A stretch of DNA of 64,000 nucleotides, taken from Polyangiaceae bacterium. GTDB lineage: Bacteria; Myxococcota_A; Polyangia; Polyangiales; Polyangiaceae. The position numbers and the translations under genes were made by a program. The stretch is taken from contig JBILLK010000015.1 of NCBI GenBank assembly GCA_044376115.1, forward strand, positions 96,001 to 160,000, given 5' to 3'. Under the pieces are notes generated by a model that saw only the letters and a list, made by a program, of their open reading frames with translations, searched no databases and was not told the origin of the DNA. Numbering within the stretch: position 1 is the first letter of the stretch; each line of letters starts with the position of its first letter. This document shows positions 46,716 to 56,255 of the stretch, piece after piece.

Positions 46716-47677
46716 CGGACAGCCCCGTGAGCGACTCCCCTCAACGCCCTGTCGTACTAGCACTCTGGCTTGCTCTCCTCGGTTGTAATGCTGGCGTTCA
46801 ATCGCCGAGCGCCGAGACCTGCCCTGCACAGCTTGGGACTAATCTTGCTGCGTTGGAGTCGATCACCGTGATCGGCGAAGAGGTCTACTGGGTAGACCAG
46901 ACGTCAACGATGTTTCGGGTTCCGCGTTGTGGCGGCACACCGCAAAGAGCGACAAAACCAGGCGTTGCCACGCTCTCAAACTTCGCTGGAGGCGACAACA
47001 TCGTGCTGGAAAGCGAGTCCACGCGTACGTTGTTTCGGCCTGCCGCGAGCGCCGAAGGAGTGCAGCTCGATGATGGCCCTGAGAACCGGGTATTGATGAC
47101 CGCCAATGAGACTATGTTGGCGTGGACCACCCCCAACAAGCCAAGCCTAACCCCCGTTTTTGCTCGCACTCGCAGAGTCGGTGACATCTGGCGGGTGGCA
47201 GAAGCGGAGAACATTAACGCGATCGCGATGGACGATAAGGACATCTACATTGCTACCCAAGAGAGCGTAGGCCGCACGTCGCTAACAGCGGGGCCGCTGA
47301 CTGAATTAGTTGCGCGACCAGGTGGTGTGAGCGCCTTGGCGTTGACGGATATGCACGTCTTGATCAGCTACCGAACCAAGGGAATCAGGGGAGGCGGGAC
47401 GATCGCCAAGCTACCCAAGGCTGGCGGCCTACTGCTCACCCTCGCTGCCGAGTCGCACGAGATCGTAGCCTCCACCGTTCTTGACTCACATGTGTACTAC
47501 GTAACCCGCTCCGAGTTTGGAGCTGGGCACGTACGTCGAGTGGGCACACAGGGCGGAGTAATCGAGACACTCGCAGAGACGAAGAACGCTTGCAGCATCG
47601 CTGTGGATGCAACGGCTGTCTACGTTGGTACCTGCGAGGCAGGGCGCGGCAGCCTCAACCGCATCGCGCTCCACTAG
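46712..47677 (+). CDS. Beta-propeller-repeat lipoprotein
   Basis: GTG overlapping the upstream stop; LALLGC lipobox; IAMDDKDIY / IAVDATAVY / VYW repeats. Confidence 0.7.
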   Translation: MTDSPVSDSPQRPVVLALWLALLGCNAGVQSPSAETCPAQLGTNLAALESITVIGEEVYWVDQTSTMFRVPRCGGTPQRATKPGVATLSNFAGGDNIVLESESTRTLFRPAASAEGVQLDDGPENRVLMTANETMLAWTTPNKPSLTPVFARTRRVGDIWRVAEAENINAIAMDDKDIYIATQESVGRTSLTAGPLTELVARPGGVSALALTDMHVLISYRTKGIRGGGTIAKLPKAGGLLLTLAAESHEIVASTVLDSHVYYVTRSEFGAGHVRRVGTQGGVIETLAETKNACSIAVDATAVYVGTCEAGRGSLNRIALH

Positions 47678-47681
47678 CGCA

Positions 47682-48221
47682 CTAGGGCGTAGCCGCCTCA
47701 CATAGCGCCTTTGACGGCACGTCGGACGAGTAGAAGCCACCCTTCTTGGTGGTCCGGCTCACGAAACCAAAGATCGCCTTGAACGGGACGCGAACGTCAT
47801 AAGGCTTCCCCTCGAAGGAAAAGGTGCCTTGAAAGCCCGTGTCGTGAAACTGCAGGTTCTTGATCGGCCGCGGCAGATCATGGCCCACGTCGAGAATCAC
47901 GTAGTCCGACGTCCGTAGATAATCCGGCACGGCCACACCAACCGCAGCCGGATCGAGGTAGACGGCGATTGCTTCTTCCTCGAGCAGCTCGAGCATACCT
48001 GCCTTCTTGGCGGGCATCTTGCGCGCGGCGGGCTGGATACAGGGGACCTCGGGCGCCACGGGAGCACTGGCGACGGCCGATGCCTGGGCGCTGGTGCTCT
48101 GGACCGGCGTGGTCGGGCCCTCGCGCATCCCACCGTCGCTCCGACCTGTTCGCGGAGCGCCCTCGGCGTGCGAACAGGCAACCAGGAAGAACGACAGAAC
48201 AAAGACTGAGCGCGGCGTCAC
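47682..48221 (-). CDS. Lipoprotein carrying an SspB-like (ClpXP adaptor fold) C-terminal domain
   Basis: (M)TPRSVFVLSFFLVAC lipobox; VYLDPAAVGVAVPDYL...ILDVG.DLPRPIKNLQFHDTGFQGTFSFEGKPYDVRVPFKAIFG. GTG start at 48221. Confidence 0.7.
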   Translation of the reverse strand: MTPRSVFVLSFFLVACSHAEGAPRTGRSDGGMREGPTTPVQSTSAQASAVASAPVAPEVPCIQPAARKMPAKKAGMLELLEEEAIAVYLDPAAVGVAVPDYLRTSDYVILDVGHDLPRPIKNLQFHDTGFQGTFSFEGKPYDVRVPFKAIFGFVSRTTKKGGFYSSDVPSKALCEAATP

Positions 48222-48264
48222 GCGGGGCTTATACCAGCGCCCAGTCGAATCAGCGAGCGGTGGC

Positions 48265-48618
48265 TCAAGACTTTGCCAAAGCAAGCTTTAGGCGCGCCTC
48301 AATCACCTCTTCCGACACTCCCAGTTCTTCCCCAACCGCGCCGATAAGGATGCGTTCAGCGGGATGCACGACGCCGTCCGCAACAGCTGCATCAATCAAC
48401 AGCGACAGCGTCTCAGTACGATCAGTAGCCTCAAGCTCGCGAAGCCTTGCGATCGCGGCGTCTGCGTCCTCCACCCGGTTGACCTTGGTGTCGCTCGAAA
48501 GGCCGAAGCGCGTCAGGAGTCTCGAGAAGAACTTGGCCTCCTCCGAGTGAAACTCGCCATCGGCAAAGAGAAGGCCAGCAATGATCTCACATACCTTCCG
48601 ACTTGTTTCTGTGTCCAT
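48265..48618 (-). CDS. TerB family protein
   Basis: LLFADGEFHSEE...AAVADGVVHPAERILI..VGEELGV. Confidence 0.8.
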   Translation of the reverse strand: MDTETSRKVCEIIAGLLFADGEFHSEEAKFFSRLLTRFGLSSDTKVNRVEDADAAIARLRELEATDRTETLSLLIDAAVADGVVHPAERILIGAVGEELGVSEEVIEARLKLALAKS

Positions 48619-48732
48619 GGGGCAACTTTAGCCGCAGCGAGCTTTTCGGGGGGACTCTTCTGCGGAGCTATCCACGAGTCGCAACGCGCGATTGCCAGTG
48701 CCCTTCGCTTGCAAGTTTGACAACATGCGGGG

Positions 48733-49482
48733 ATGTCTGAGGACTTTTTTGCCGGTGTTGAGCAGGAGAACGTGAGCACAAGCGCGGGGGAATGCGCACT
48801 CCCAATCCTCTACCGCGACGGCGGGGTGGTTGGGCTGATGTATCGGCTACCGCCAGAGAAGGTAGCTCCCCTGATACCCGATCAGGCTGAGTTTGAGCCC
48901 TTTACCCTGATGGGCAAAGCTATCGTGCAGCTGGTGGTCTTCGAGTATCGCGATACATCGATTGGCCCCTATAACGAGGTAGCGCTGGCCGTTGAGGTAA
49001 AGCGGAAGGGCACTTCACCGTCAACTTGGGGCGCCCTCGTCAACGCGCGAACCCAGCCGAACTACGGCAGCACCTTTCTCAACTTACCCGTAACAACCGC
49101 CAACGCGTGCGCCGCTGGCAAGGAGATCTGGGGGTATCCCAAATACGTAGTTGGGATCTCCACCGAATTCACGGAGGCGCAGATCAAGGCGGAACAGCAG
49201 GGCGAGTTCCGGTTGACGGTTGGGCCTGCTGGCTGGCTCGAGACGAAAGGTATTCCGTTCGTCTTGATGTCAACGAAGGGCGGCAAAGTTCTGCGCACCG
49301 TCGTTGAGACCGGTCACCCGCTAAAATGGGGAGGGGCCGGCCAAGTATCCCTGGAGATACTCGGGCCCGGCCACACCAGCGATAACCTAGTAAAGCTTGG
49401 CCTGGCGGAGATGAAGCCCTCGTTCGTTTGGCGCTCCTACGCCATGCGCTCGATCCTTCCGCAAGGAATAGAGCAGCCGTAG
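48733..49482 (+). CDS. Acetoacetate decarboxylase-like family protein
   Basis: FEYRDTSIGPYNE, LPVTT.NACAAGKEIWGYPK. Confidence 0.85.
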   Translation: MSEDFFAGVEQENVSTSAGECALPILYRDGGVVGLMYRLPPEKVAPLIPDQAEFEPFTLMGKAIVQLVVFEYRDTSIGPYNEVALAVEVKRKGTSPSTWGALVNARTQPNYGSTFLNLPVTTANACAAGKEIWGYPKYVVGISTEFTEAQIKAEQQGEFRLTVGPAGWLETKGIPFVLMSTKGGKVLRTVVETGHPLKWGGAGQVSLEILGPGHTSDNLVKLGLAEMKPSFVWRSYAMRSILPQGIEQP

Positions 49483-49500
49483 CTACAGCTACCAGGGCAC

Positions 49501-49542
49501 AAAAGCAACGAGGGGTGCTCATCCGCAGATAGCACCCCTCGT
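49501..49542 (-). terminator. Hairpin terminator between convergent genes
   Basis: Perfect 12-bp inverted repeat ACGAGGGGTGCT...AGCACCCCTCGT; TGCTTTT follows on the minus strand. Confidence 0.75.
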
Positions 49543-49557
49543 CTCCCTAGTTGAACG

Positions 49558-51567
49558 TCATTGCGGAGGTGGTTCGCTGCAAAAGCCATTCACACAGTTG
49601 GCCAATGAGTCGCAGCAGTCACTGTCTTCCATGCAGGCGTTACCGGTCTCGGAGCAGCCGCCCGGATCGGGCTCGGTGCAGATCCCTTCTTCACAGTTCT
49701 GGTTGCAACACTCAGATCCGTTCGTGCAACCCTGGCCAATTTCCTTGCACGGATCCAGCGCCCAAAACCCTCGCATATTGAGCGTGTTGATGTCTTGGCC
49801 GGGGACTCGAAAGGCCGGGTGACTCGGGTCTACGCCGTCCGTGGGGTCCGCGTCCACGGCGGCAACCCATAGCTGCTTAACTGAACCAGAATTGCCTGTA
49901 AGGCGGTTGCCGTAGGTACGACGACTGGTGAACACCACCCAAGCATACCCCCCTGCTTCGAGCGGAGCGAAGGTGGGCTCGTAGTCAAGCAGGCGGTCGC
50001 GATCCCCCGCCGCAAATGGGTAGTCATCACCGTTGAGATTACGTAGTCGAATATCCGCGCCTGGATTCGCAGAGTTGGCGAGGTACATGGAGCCAGGGCC
50101 AAAGCGCGTATCGAGCGAGTTGGGATAGACTCCGCGATGATAGACAATCCACTCGCCGTCTGGCGAGACGCTAGGGAAGCAGATCGCGTTTAGCTGACCG
50201 TCTGCACCGGCGGGGACGAGGGCGACCGGATTGGTTGCCGCCTTGGTAACCGGATCCCACTCATAGGATGCCAAACCGAGCGTTGCGTGGTCCACATACG
50301 CAATGCGCGAACCATCCGGCGCGAAGGCCGGCATGTCGAGCATGACGCCGTCCAAGCCAGTCCCCAGGATCTTCTGACCGGTCTGCGCGTTCCACATGCC
50401 GTCACTGCCACCAGGAGGACCAGGTAACTGTGCGTTGTTTTCGATCACGGTGCTACCGTCGGGCGATATGGCTGGCATCGCCCAGTTGCGGACCTGCTTG
50501 CCAACGCTCGGCAGTGAAAGGACCTGCGTGTTCGTCAATAGGTCAAAAGTCGAGGTGGCTACGTCACCGCCGATAATCAAGGTGGAGCCGTTCGCAGAGA
50601 CCGAGTGACAAGTACTGCAGGTATTGCTGATGCCAGCAGCCGCTAGAAAGTCCTCCGGGGCGCCAGCGTCGGGCTTGATTCGCATCACGCGACCAATGTT
50701 ATTGGCCCAGTAATATACGGTTCCGCGGAGCGCTCCGTTGGCAACGGTCCAATCGTGGTCAATTACCGTTGTTGCCGCGCTACCCCCAGCCGGAAGGCGA
50801 TTCACCTTGAGGTCGACAGCGCCACCGTTTCCGCTTTCTGTCAGAGGTGTCCACACTGCCGGGTCCAACAAGTGACGCGCAGGCGGGTCGGCGGTCGTAA
50901 ATACGTTGAATTCGGTAAATGGCCCAACCAGTTTAACGTAGTATTTGTCCCCCGCTCCACCGCCATTCCACATCAGCTCGGGCGCCAACAGGCCCTTTGG
51001 AAAGACGGTCTTGTCGTAGGGGTAGGCCCAGGTGATGCTCCCATCTTGTCCCCCCGTTGGATTCTGCAAGACCGCGATTTCCTCGGGGGTAAACCCTCCC
51101 GGGTTGAGGGTCTTTTTGATGTTGACCGTCACCTGCGCGGTCGCCGTGATACCGGCGTAAGTGGCATTGAGGGTGACCAGTCCGCCGACGTTTCCTGAGG
51201 CGGTCACAACGCCTGTGCCATCTGTATTTGCGACGCCAGAGAGGTCAACCACCCAGGCGTTGGGTTGGACCTCCACGCCGTCGAGTGTGGCGTTGAAGTC
51301 GACGGGCATGGCCACACCGTCCACCACGTCGATCGTGGCGGAGGGCGGAACCAGCGCTAGTTCACCAGCGCTACCCCCCCCTGTTTGACAACCAAAGCAG
51401 GCGCCACCTGCTCCGCCCGTTCCGCCCGCACCCGTGGACTCATTCCCGGCCGCGCCACCTGCCCCCGGCCCCGTACTAGCACTTTCCTCAGTGCAACCAA
51501 AGCCAACGGCAGCAACGCTCAGGACGATAGCGCCCAAGTCTTTAGACAATTGGCTACGTTTCATCAT
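49558..51567 (-). CDS. Myxobacterial-type lipoprotein: Ig-like region, CxxCH-like motif, PD40/TolB-like propeller, Cys-rich tail
   Basis: VGFGC lipobox, Gly linker, YPYDKTVFP, GTVYYW, CSTCHSVS, SPDG repeats, WVVFTSRRTYGN, CC-rich C-terminus. Confidence 0.8.
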   Translation of the reverse strand: MMKRSQLSKDLGAIVLSVAAVGFGCTEESASTGPGAGGAAGNESTGAGGTGGAGGACFGCQTGGGSAGELALVPPSATIDVVDGVAMPVDFNATLDGVEVQPNAWVVDLSGVANTDGTGVVTASGNVGGLVTLNATYAGITATAQVTVNIKKTLNPGGFTPEEIAVLQNPTGGQDGSITWAYPYDKTVFPKGLLAPELMWNGGGAGDKYYVKLVGPFTEFNVFTTADPPARHLLDPAVWTPLTESGNGGAVDLKVNRLPAGGSAATTVIDHDWTVANGALRGTVYYWANNIGRVMRIKPDAGAPEDFLAAAGISNTCSTCHSVSANGSTLIIGGDVATSTFDLLTNTQVLSLPSVGKQVRNWAMPAISPDGSTVIENNAQLPGPPGGSDGMWNAQTGQKILGTGLDGVMLDMPAFAPDGSRIAYVDHATLGLASYEWDPVTKAATNPVALVPAGADGQLNAICFPSVSPDGEWIVYHRGVYPNSLDTRFGPGSMYLANSANPGADIRLRNLNGDDYPFAAGDRDRLLDYEPTFAPLEAGGYAWVVFTSRRTYGNRLTGNSGSVKQLWVAAVDADPTDGVDPSHPAFRVPGQDINTLNMRGFWALDPCKEIGQGCTNGSECCNQNCEEGICTEPDPGGCSETGNACMEDSDCCDSLANCVNGFCSEPPPQ

Positions 51568-51618
51568 CTCCAAACTCTACCTGGTACGGATTGCCCCCGG
51601 GTAGAAATCTTGGGGCCG

Positions 51619-52317
51619 TCAGCGCGGTGGTTCACGTAAGCGATAGCCAACGCCAGCCTCGGTGACGAGGAGCAGCGGTCGCGCAGGTGTACTCTCGATC
51701 TTGCGGCGAAGTTGGGCCATGTGCACGCGCAAGTAGTGCGTCTGTTCAACCGACTTGGGGCCCCAAATCTCGGTCAAGAGCTGACTGTGCGTGACCACCT
51801 TGCCGACGTGCTTCGACAGCAACGCAAGCAACTTGAACTCGATCGGAGTGAGGTGAACCTCGGCGCCAGAGAGCCAAACGAGGTGGCTCTCAAAGTCAAC
51901 CGTTAGCGGCCCAACGGTCACCGAAGACGGTGGAGTCTGACGTGAGGCTGAGTGGCGCAAGGCCACGCGAACGCGCGCCAAAAGCTCCTCTGTGCCGAAG
52001 GGTTTCATTACGTAGTCATCAGCCCCAGCATCCAGCACCTCGACCTTGTCAGACTCGCGGTCGCGGGCGCTCACGATCAGGATGGGAACGTTCGTGAAAG
52101 AGCGCAGCTGGCGCGTAACTACCAGTCCATCACCGTCCGGCAACCCAAGGTCCAGGATGATAAAGTCTGGACGGTGCGAGGAGAACATCGCCAGCGCCTC
52201 GCGCGCGGTGCTCGCTTCGACGACAGCGAACCCATTACTGCTAAGTGTCGTACGGAGAAATCTGCGCATGGGAGCTTCGTCTTCGACCACGAGGCCCTTG
52301 ACCAACTGCGCTTTCAT
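51619..52317 (-). CDS. kdpE: KdpE-like OmpR-family response regulator
   Basis: LDLGLPDGDG, GADDYVMKPF, HLTPIEFKLL, GKVVTH, THYLRVHMAQLRRKIE..PARP..L.TE.GVGYR. Confidence 0.9.
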   Translation of the reverse strand: MKAQLVKGLVVEDEAPMRRFLRTTLSSNGFAVVEASTAREALAMFSSHRPDFIILDLGLPDGDGLVVTRQLRSFTNVPILIVSARDRESDKVEVLDAGADDYVMKPFGTEELLARVRVALRHSASRQTPPSSVTVGPLTVDFESHLVWLSGAEVHLTPIEFKLLALLSKHVGKVVTHSQLLTEIWGPKSVEQTHYLRVHMAQLRRKIESTPARPLLLVTEAGVGYRLREPPR

Positions 52318-53306
52318 GTGTGCTCCCCCGCTGGGCGCATATGAATGATAAATCGCGTGCCACGCGTGCTATCCGCAAGCGCTACTCGGCCGTGATGCGC
52401 CTCAACGATACCTCGTACGATTGCGAGTCCGAGCCCAACGCCAATCGAGCCAGCGCTTCGTACAAACTTCTGAAAGAGTCTGGCCTTTACTTCTTCGGGA
52501 AGCCCAGGACCATCGTCTGCGATCTCGACCACCACCCAGCCACCATCTTCGTGGGCCGACACAATGACGTGGGTACCGGCTGGAGTATGGCGAACCACGT
52601 TTTCCAGCAGGTTGAGGAATACCTGCTCAAAGAGGACCGGGTCACACGCCACGAAAGGCACCTCACCCAAACGCAACTCGACTTCATGCTGAGTCAACCG
52701 CTGCTCCAAGCGTGTGAGAGCAGCCCCCAGAAGTTCCTCGAGGGGCACGGCCTGCGTATCCGGCTGGACGCCTGCCTCCAGCCGCGTCATCGCCAAAACC
52801 TTTGCCAAGAGCCGCTCCAAACGTTCGGCCTCTTCGCAGATGGTTTGAACCATGTCGGCTCGTTCTGGCTCCGCAAGCGAGGAAGCCCCCTGTCGCAGGG
52901 TCGTTGCTGCGCCGGTTATCGTCGCCAACGGCGTACGAAAGTCGTGCGAGACGGCACTAAGGATGGAACTGCGAATCTCCTCGAGCTTGGCCCGCCGAAC
53001 CTGCGCCGTCAGATTCGCGATGACCAAACCAACCAGGAACATCACGAGAAACGTTAGCAGGTGCCGAACGTCCTTCACCGCAAACGTCAAGTACGGGGGG
53101 ACAGCAAAGAAGTCGAAACTTGCAACCGAGAGCAACGATGCAACGAGAGCAGCTGCGCGATCGGTGCGCAGCGCAACGACCATGATCGCGAGGAGGTACA
53201 GCATCACGATCTCTTCGAGCCCGAGCAGTCCGCGGAGCAAGACGGCGACGAAGGTTGTGATGGCTACGGCGAACAGAGCAAACGCGAGAGTTCCAACTCT
53301 CCGCAT
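52314..53306 (-). CDS. kdpD: Minimal KdpD-like histidine kinase (4-TM DUF4118 + HisKA + HATPase only)
   Basis: VMLYLL, FDFFAVPPYLTFAV, SAVSHDFRTPL, NLLEN, DDGPG, GLGLAI; no KdpD/Usp/GAF domains in 330 aa. Confidence 0.85.
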   Translation of the reverse strand: MRRVGTLAFALFAVAITTFVAVLLRGLLGLEEIVMLYLLAIMVVALRTDRAAALVASLLSVASFDFFAVPPYLTFAVKDVRHLLTFLVMFLVGLVIANLTAQVRRAKLEEIRSSILSAVSHDFRTPLATITGAATTLRQGASSLAEPERADMVQTICEEAERLERLLAKVLAMTRLEAGVQPDTQAVPLEELLGAALTRLEQRLTQHEVELRLGEVPFVACDPVLFEQVFLNLLENVVRHTPAGTHVIVSAHEDGGWVVVEIADDGPGLPEEVKARLFQKFVRSAGSIGVGLGLAIVRGIVEAHHGRVALADSTRGTRFIIHMRPAGEHT

Positions 53307-53323
53307 CGGCGCTCGGTAGCAGC

Positions 53324-53545
53324 TTATCGCTGGCGCGAAACGCTTAACCGGTCCAGGACGAGAACAACCGCGATCACTAGCGCGATCGATGGCTCACCCA
53401 CGAGAGGCTCGCCCCGCCAGACTGCGAAAAGGAAGCGGGTCACCGCCAAAACGATCGCGGCAACCAAAGCAAAACTCAGCGCACTCCAACGCGCGCGCGG
53501 TAGCAGGTTCTGCTCGGCCGACGAATTCCGACGATAAGCGTCCAC
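53324..53545 (-). CDS. Small two-TM hypothetical protein leading the kdpDE unit
   Basis: 73 aa with two hydrophobic helices; ends 17 nt before the kdpD start. Confidence 0.5.
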   Translation of the reverse strand: MDAYRRNSSAEQNLLPRARWSALSFALVAAIVLAVTRFLFAVWRGEPLVGEPSIALVIAVVLVLDRLSVSRQR

Positions 53546-53600
53546 GAGCGCAAACTATGTCGACCGCTGTGGGGTCAGCCGTCAAGGTTGCCCATCGCCG

Positions 53601-53619
53601 CGTAAAGATTTCGTAAAGA
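53601..53619. promoter_or_regulatory. Candidate KdpE-binding tandem repeat upstream of kup
   Basis: CGTAAAGA-ttt-CGTAAAGA with 11-bp period (TTTAC repeats on the minus strand). Confidence 0.55.
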
Positions 53620-53668
53620 CTCGCGAGAACCTTTGGTGTCCGGATCTGAGCGAGTTACGCCCTCTCGA

Positions 53669-55719
53669 ATGTCGCACAAGCTCGAAGGACAGTCCTCTCA
53701 CGGCCCAAGCCGTGATGAGAAAGCTGACGCACAACCTCCAGCGCAGCCAAGTGGCGGCGGGAGTGAGAACAAAGACGCACCGCCTTCTCCGCGTACCAAC
53801 GAGCATCATCACGGCAGCGCGCTCGGGCTCGCCCTAGCCGCGCTGGGCATCGTCTTCGGTGATATCGGGACCAGCCCGCTTTACGCGTTGAAAGAGTGCG
53901 TAAACGGCTCGCACGGCGTAGAAGCCACCACGAGCAACGTCTTGGGCTTGCTATCGCTCATGTTCTGGAGCGTGCTCAGCGTCGTCAGCTACAAGTACCT
54001 GACGTTCATCATGCGCGCCGACAACCAGGGCGAAGGCGGCATTCTCGCGCTACTGGCATTGCTGCCGGAGAGCCGAGGAGCTCGGCCAGCCAAACTCACG
54101 GCGCTGGTGGCGTTGGTGCTGTTCGGCGCTGCCCTGTTGTACGGCGACGGCATGCTGACCCCAGCGATCAGCGTGCTTTCGGCGGTGGAGGGATTGGAGG
54201 TCGCGACAGACACGTTCAAACCTGCCGTGGTGCCCATCACCGTAGGAATCTTGATTGCGCTGTTCGCAATTCAGAAGCGGGGCACTGACTCGATCGGCAA
54301 GGTTTTTGGGCCGATCATGGTGCTGTGGTTCGTCACGCTTGCTGGGCTCGGCATCCTGGCCATTACCAAACACCCCGGTGTGCTCGTCGCGATCTCCCCG
54401 ATCCACGCGGTGAGCTTCTTTCAGCAGAACGGCTTCCACGGCTTCGTGGTGCTCGGCGCTGTCGTACTATGCATCACTGGTGGGGAGGCGCTCTATGCAG
54501 ACATGGGGCACTTCGGTCGGAAGCCAATTCAGCTTGCTTGGTACGGCGTTGCCATGCCCGCCCTGCTGCTCAATTACTTTGGTCAAGGAGCGCTCATCAT
54601 TGCGGCGGATGAAGCGGTGAAGCCCACCGTCGTGGCGAATCCGTTCTACGCACTGGCGCCAAGCGCGCACGCTATCTACCCCTTGGTAGCGCTCGCGACG
54701 GCAGCGACGATCATCGCCTCCCAGGCCCTTATCTCGGGCGCGTTTTCACTCACGAGGCAAGCCGTTCAGCTCGGATTTCTACCCCGTGTAACGATCACTC
54801 ACACCTCGAGCACGACGGAAGGGCAGATCTACATCCCCGAGATTAACTGGCTGCTAGCGATTGGTTGTCTGGCTTTGGTGCTCGCCTTCAAACAGTCGAG
54901 CAACCTCGCGGCGGCCTACGGAATCGCTGTCACAGGCACAATGGCTATCACCTCTATTGCCTATTACGTCGTCGCGCGCGAGCGCTGGAAGTGGAGCAGG
55001 GCGCAGGCGGTGCCGTTGGTTGCAACCTTTCTCTTGGTTGACCTTGCATTCTTGGGTTCAAACGCGCTCAAGTTCTTTCATGGTGGATTCGTTCCAGTCG
55101 TAATTGCGATCGGAATCTTCTTTGCGATGACCGTGTGGAAACGCGGCCGAGCGCTGCTCGGAGACTATTTCCAGCGTGCGGCAAGACCCCTCGAGACCTT
55201 CCTCTCGGGCCTTGGGAAGAATGTATTTGTAGACGAGGGCTCCGAGGCGATCCAGCTCGTTCGTGTTCAAGGTGCTGCCGTCTTCCTGACGTCCAACTCG
55301 AGCGGCACGCCTCCGCTCTTGCTCCACCACGCACGGCACAACAAGGCCATTCAAGAGCACGTGCTGTTGGTTACGGTGGTCACCGAGCGCATACCTCGCA
55401 TCACAAAGGAGCGGCTGCGACTCGAGCCGCTGGAGCATGGGTTCTACCGGCTAAACATTCGGGTTGGCTTCATGGAGACCCCCAACGTGCCGAGGGCCCT
55501 CGCTGTCGCCATCAAGGCCTACAAGCTGCCGTTTGAGCTCAAGCAGGTTACACCTACTACCTTGGCCGCGAGACGTTGCTTGCCACGAGCCGTGGTGAAA
55601 TGACAGGAAGGGCGGAAGCGGTATTCTCGTTCCTGACGCGGAACTCCCAGAACGCGACGCGCTATTTCGGGATTCCGCCCGAACGGGTTGTGGAGATCGG
55701 CATGCAGATCGATCTGTAG
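53669..55719 (+). pseudogene. kup: Kup potassium transporter with a frameshift near the 3' end (real lesion or assembly error)
   Basis: GIVFGDIGTSPLYA, GEGGILAL, YGDGMLTPAISV, EALYADMGHFG. After GTT-AC-ACC at 55547-55554 the conserved tail YYLGRETL...YFGIPPERVVEIGMQIDL* continues in another frame to TAG 55717-55719; the original frame stops at 55603. Confidence 0.85.
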
Positions 55720-55775
55720 GCTTCGCGTCGACCAATGTTGTCGCACCTGGGCTCAAGCATTGTAACCTCCCGGGC

Positions 55776-56147
55776 ATGATGGCTCGCGTACGACTGTTGG
55801 CAGCACTTCTGCTCGCTTCCTGCGCGAGTCTGCGAGCGGGGAAGGAAGAGGCTGAGCCAATCGCAATCTACGGCTACGATGGCCTGCCGGGGGAACCGCC
55901 CCCCACCTGTAAACGGCTGGGCAAGGTCGAGACCACGCGGATCGAAAACAAGGAGATTCCGCTGGACGAGCTTGCGGAAGCGGCTCGCAGCCAAGGGGGA
56001 AACGCGATCGCCTACCCCAAACGAACCGGATTCAAAGACGGATTCGTAGGCAAGGAGTATGCGTTTCGTGCCATTGCGTTTGCGTGCCCAAACACGAAGC
56101 CAGTTACCAGCGCTTCGACGAGCGTCAGCGCCAAGCCGGCCAACTGA
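55776..56147 (+). CDS. Small hypothetical lipoprotein
   Basis: LLLASC lipobox; CKRLGKV...LAEAARSQGGNAI...AFAC. Confidence 0.65.
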   Translation: MMARVRLLAALLLASCASLRAGKEEAEPIAIYGYDGLPGEPPPTCKRLGKVETTRIENKEIPLDELAEAARSQGGNAIAYPKRTGFKDGFVGKEYAFRAIAFACPNTKPVTSASTSVSAKPAN

Positions 56148-56255
56148 ACTTCAGGGTCGGATAGCGTCGGGTGTCCGCTTCGCGGGAAAGCTCGCTGGAC
56201 TACCTCGACGCCGGCACTGCTTGACTCCGCCCCGCGGACGCGTTCCACCGCGTCG

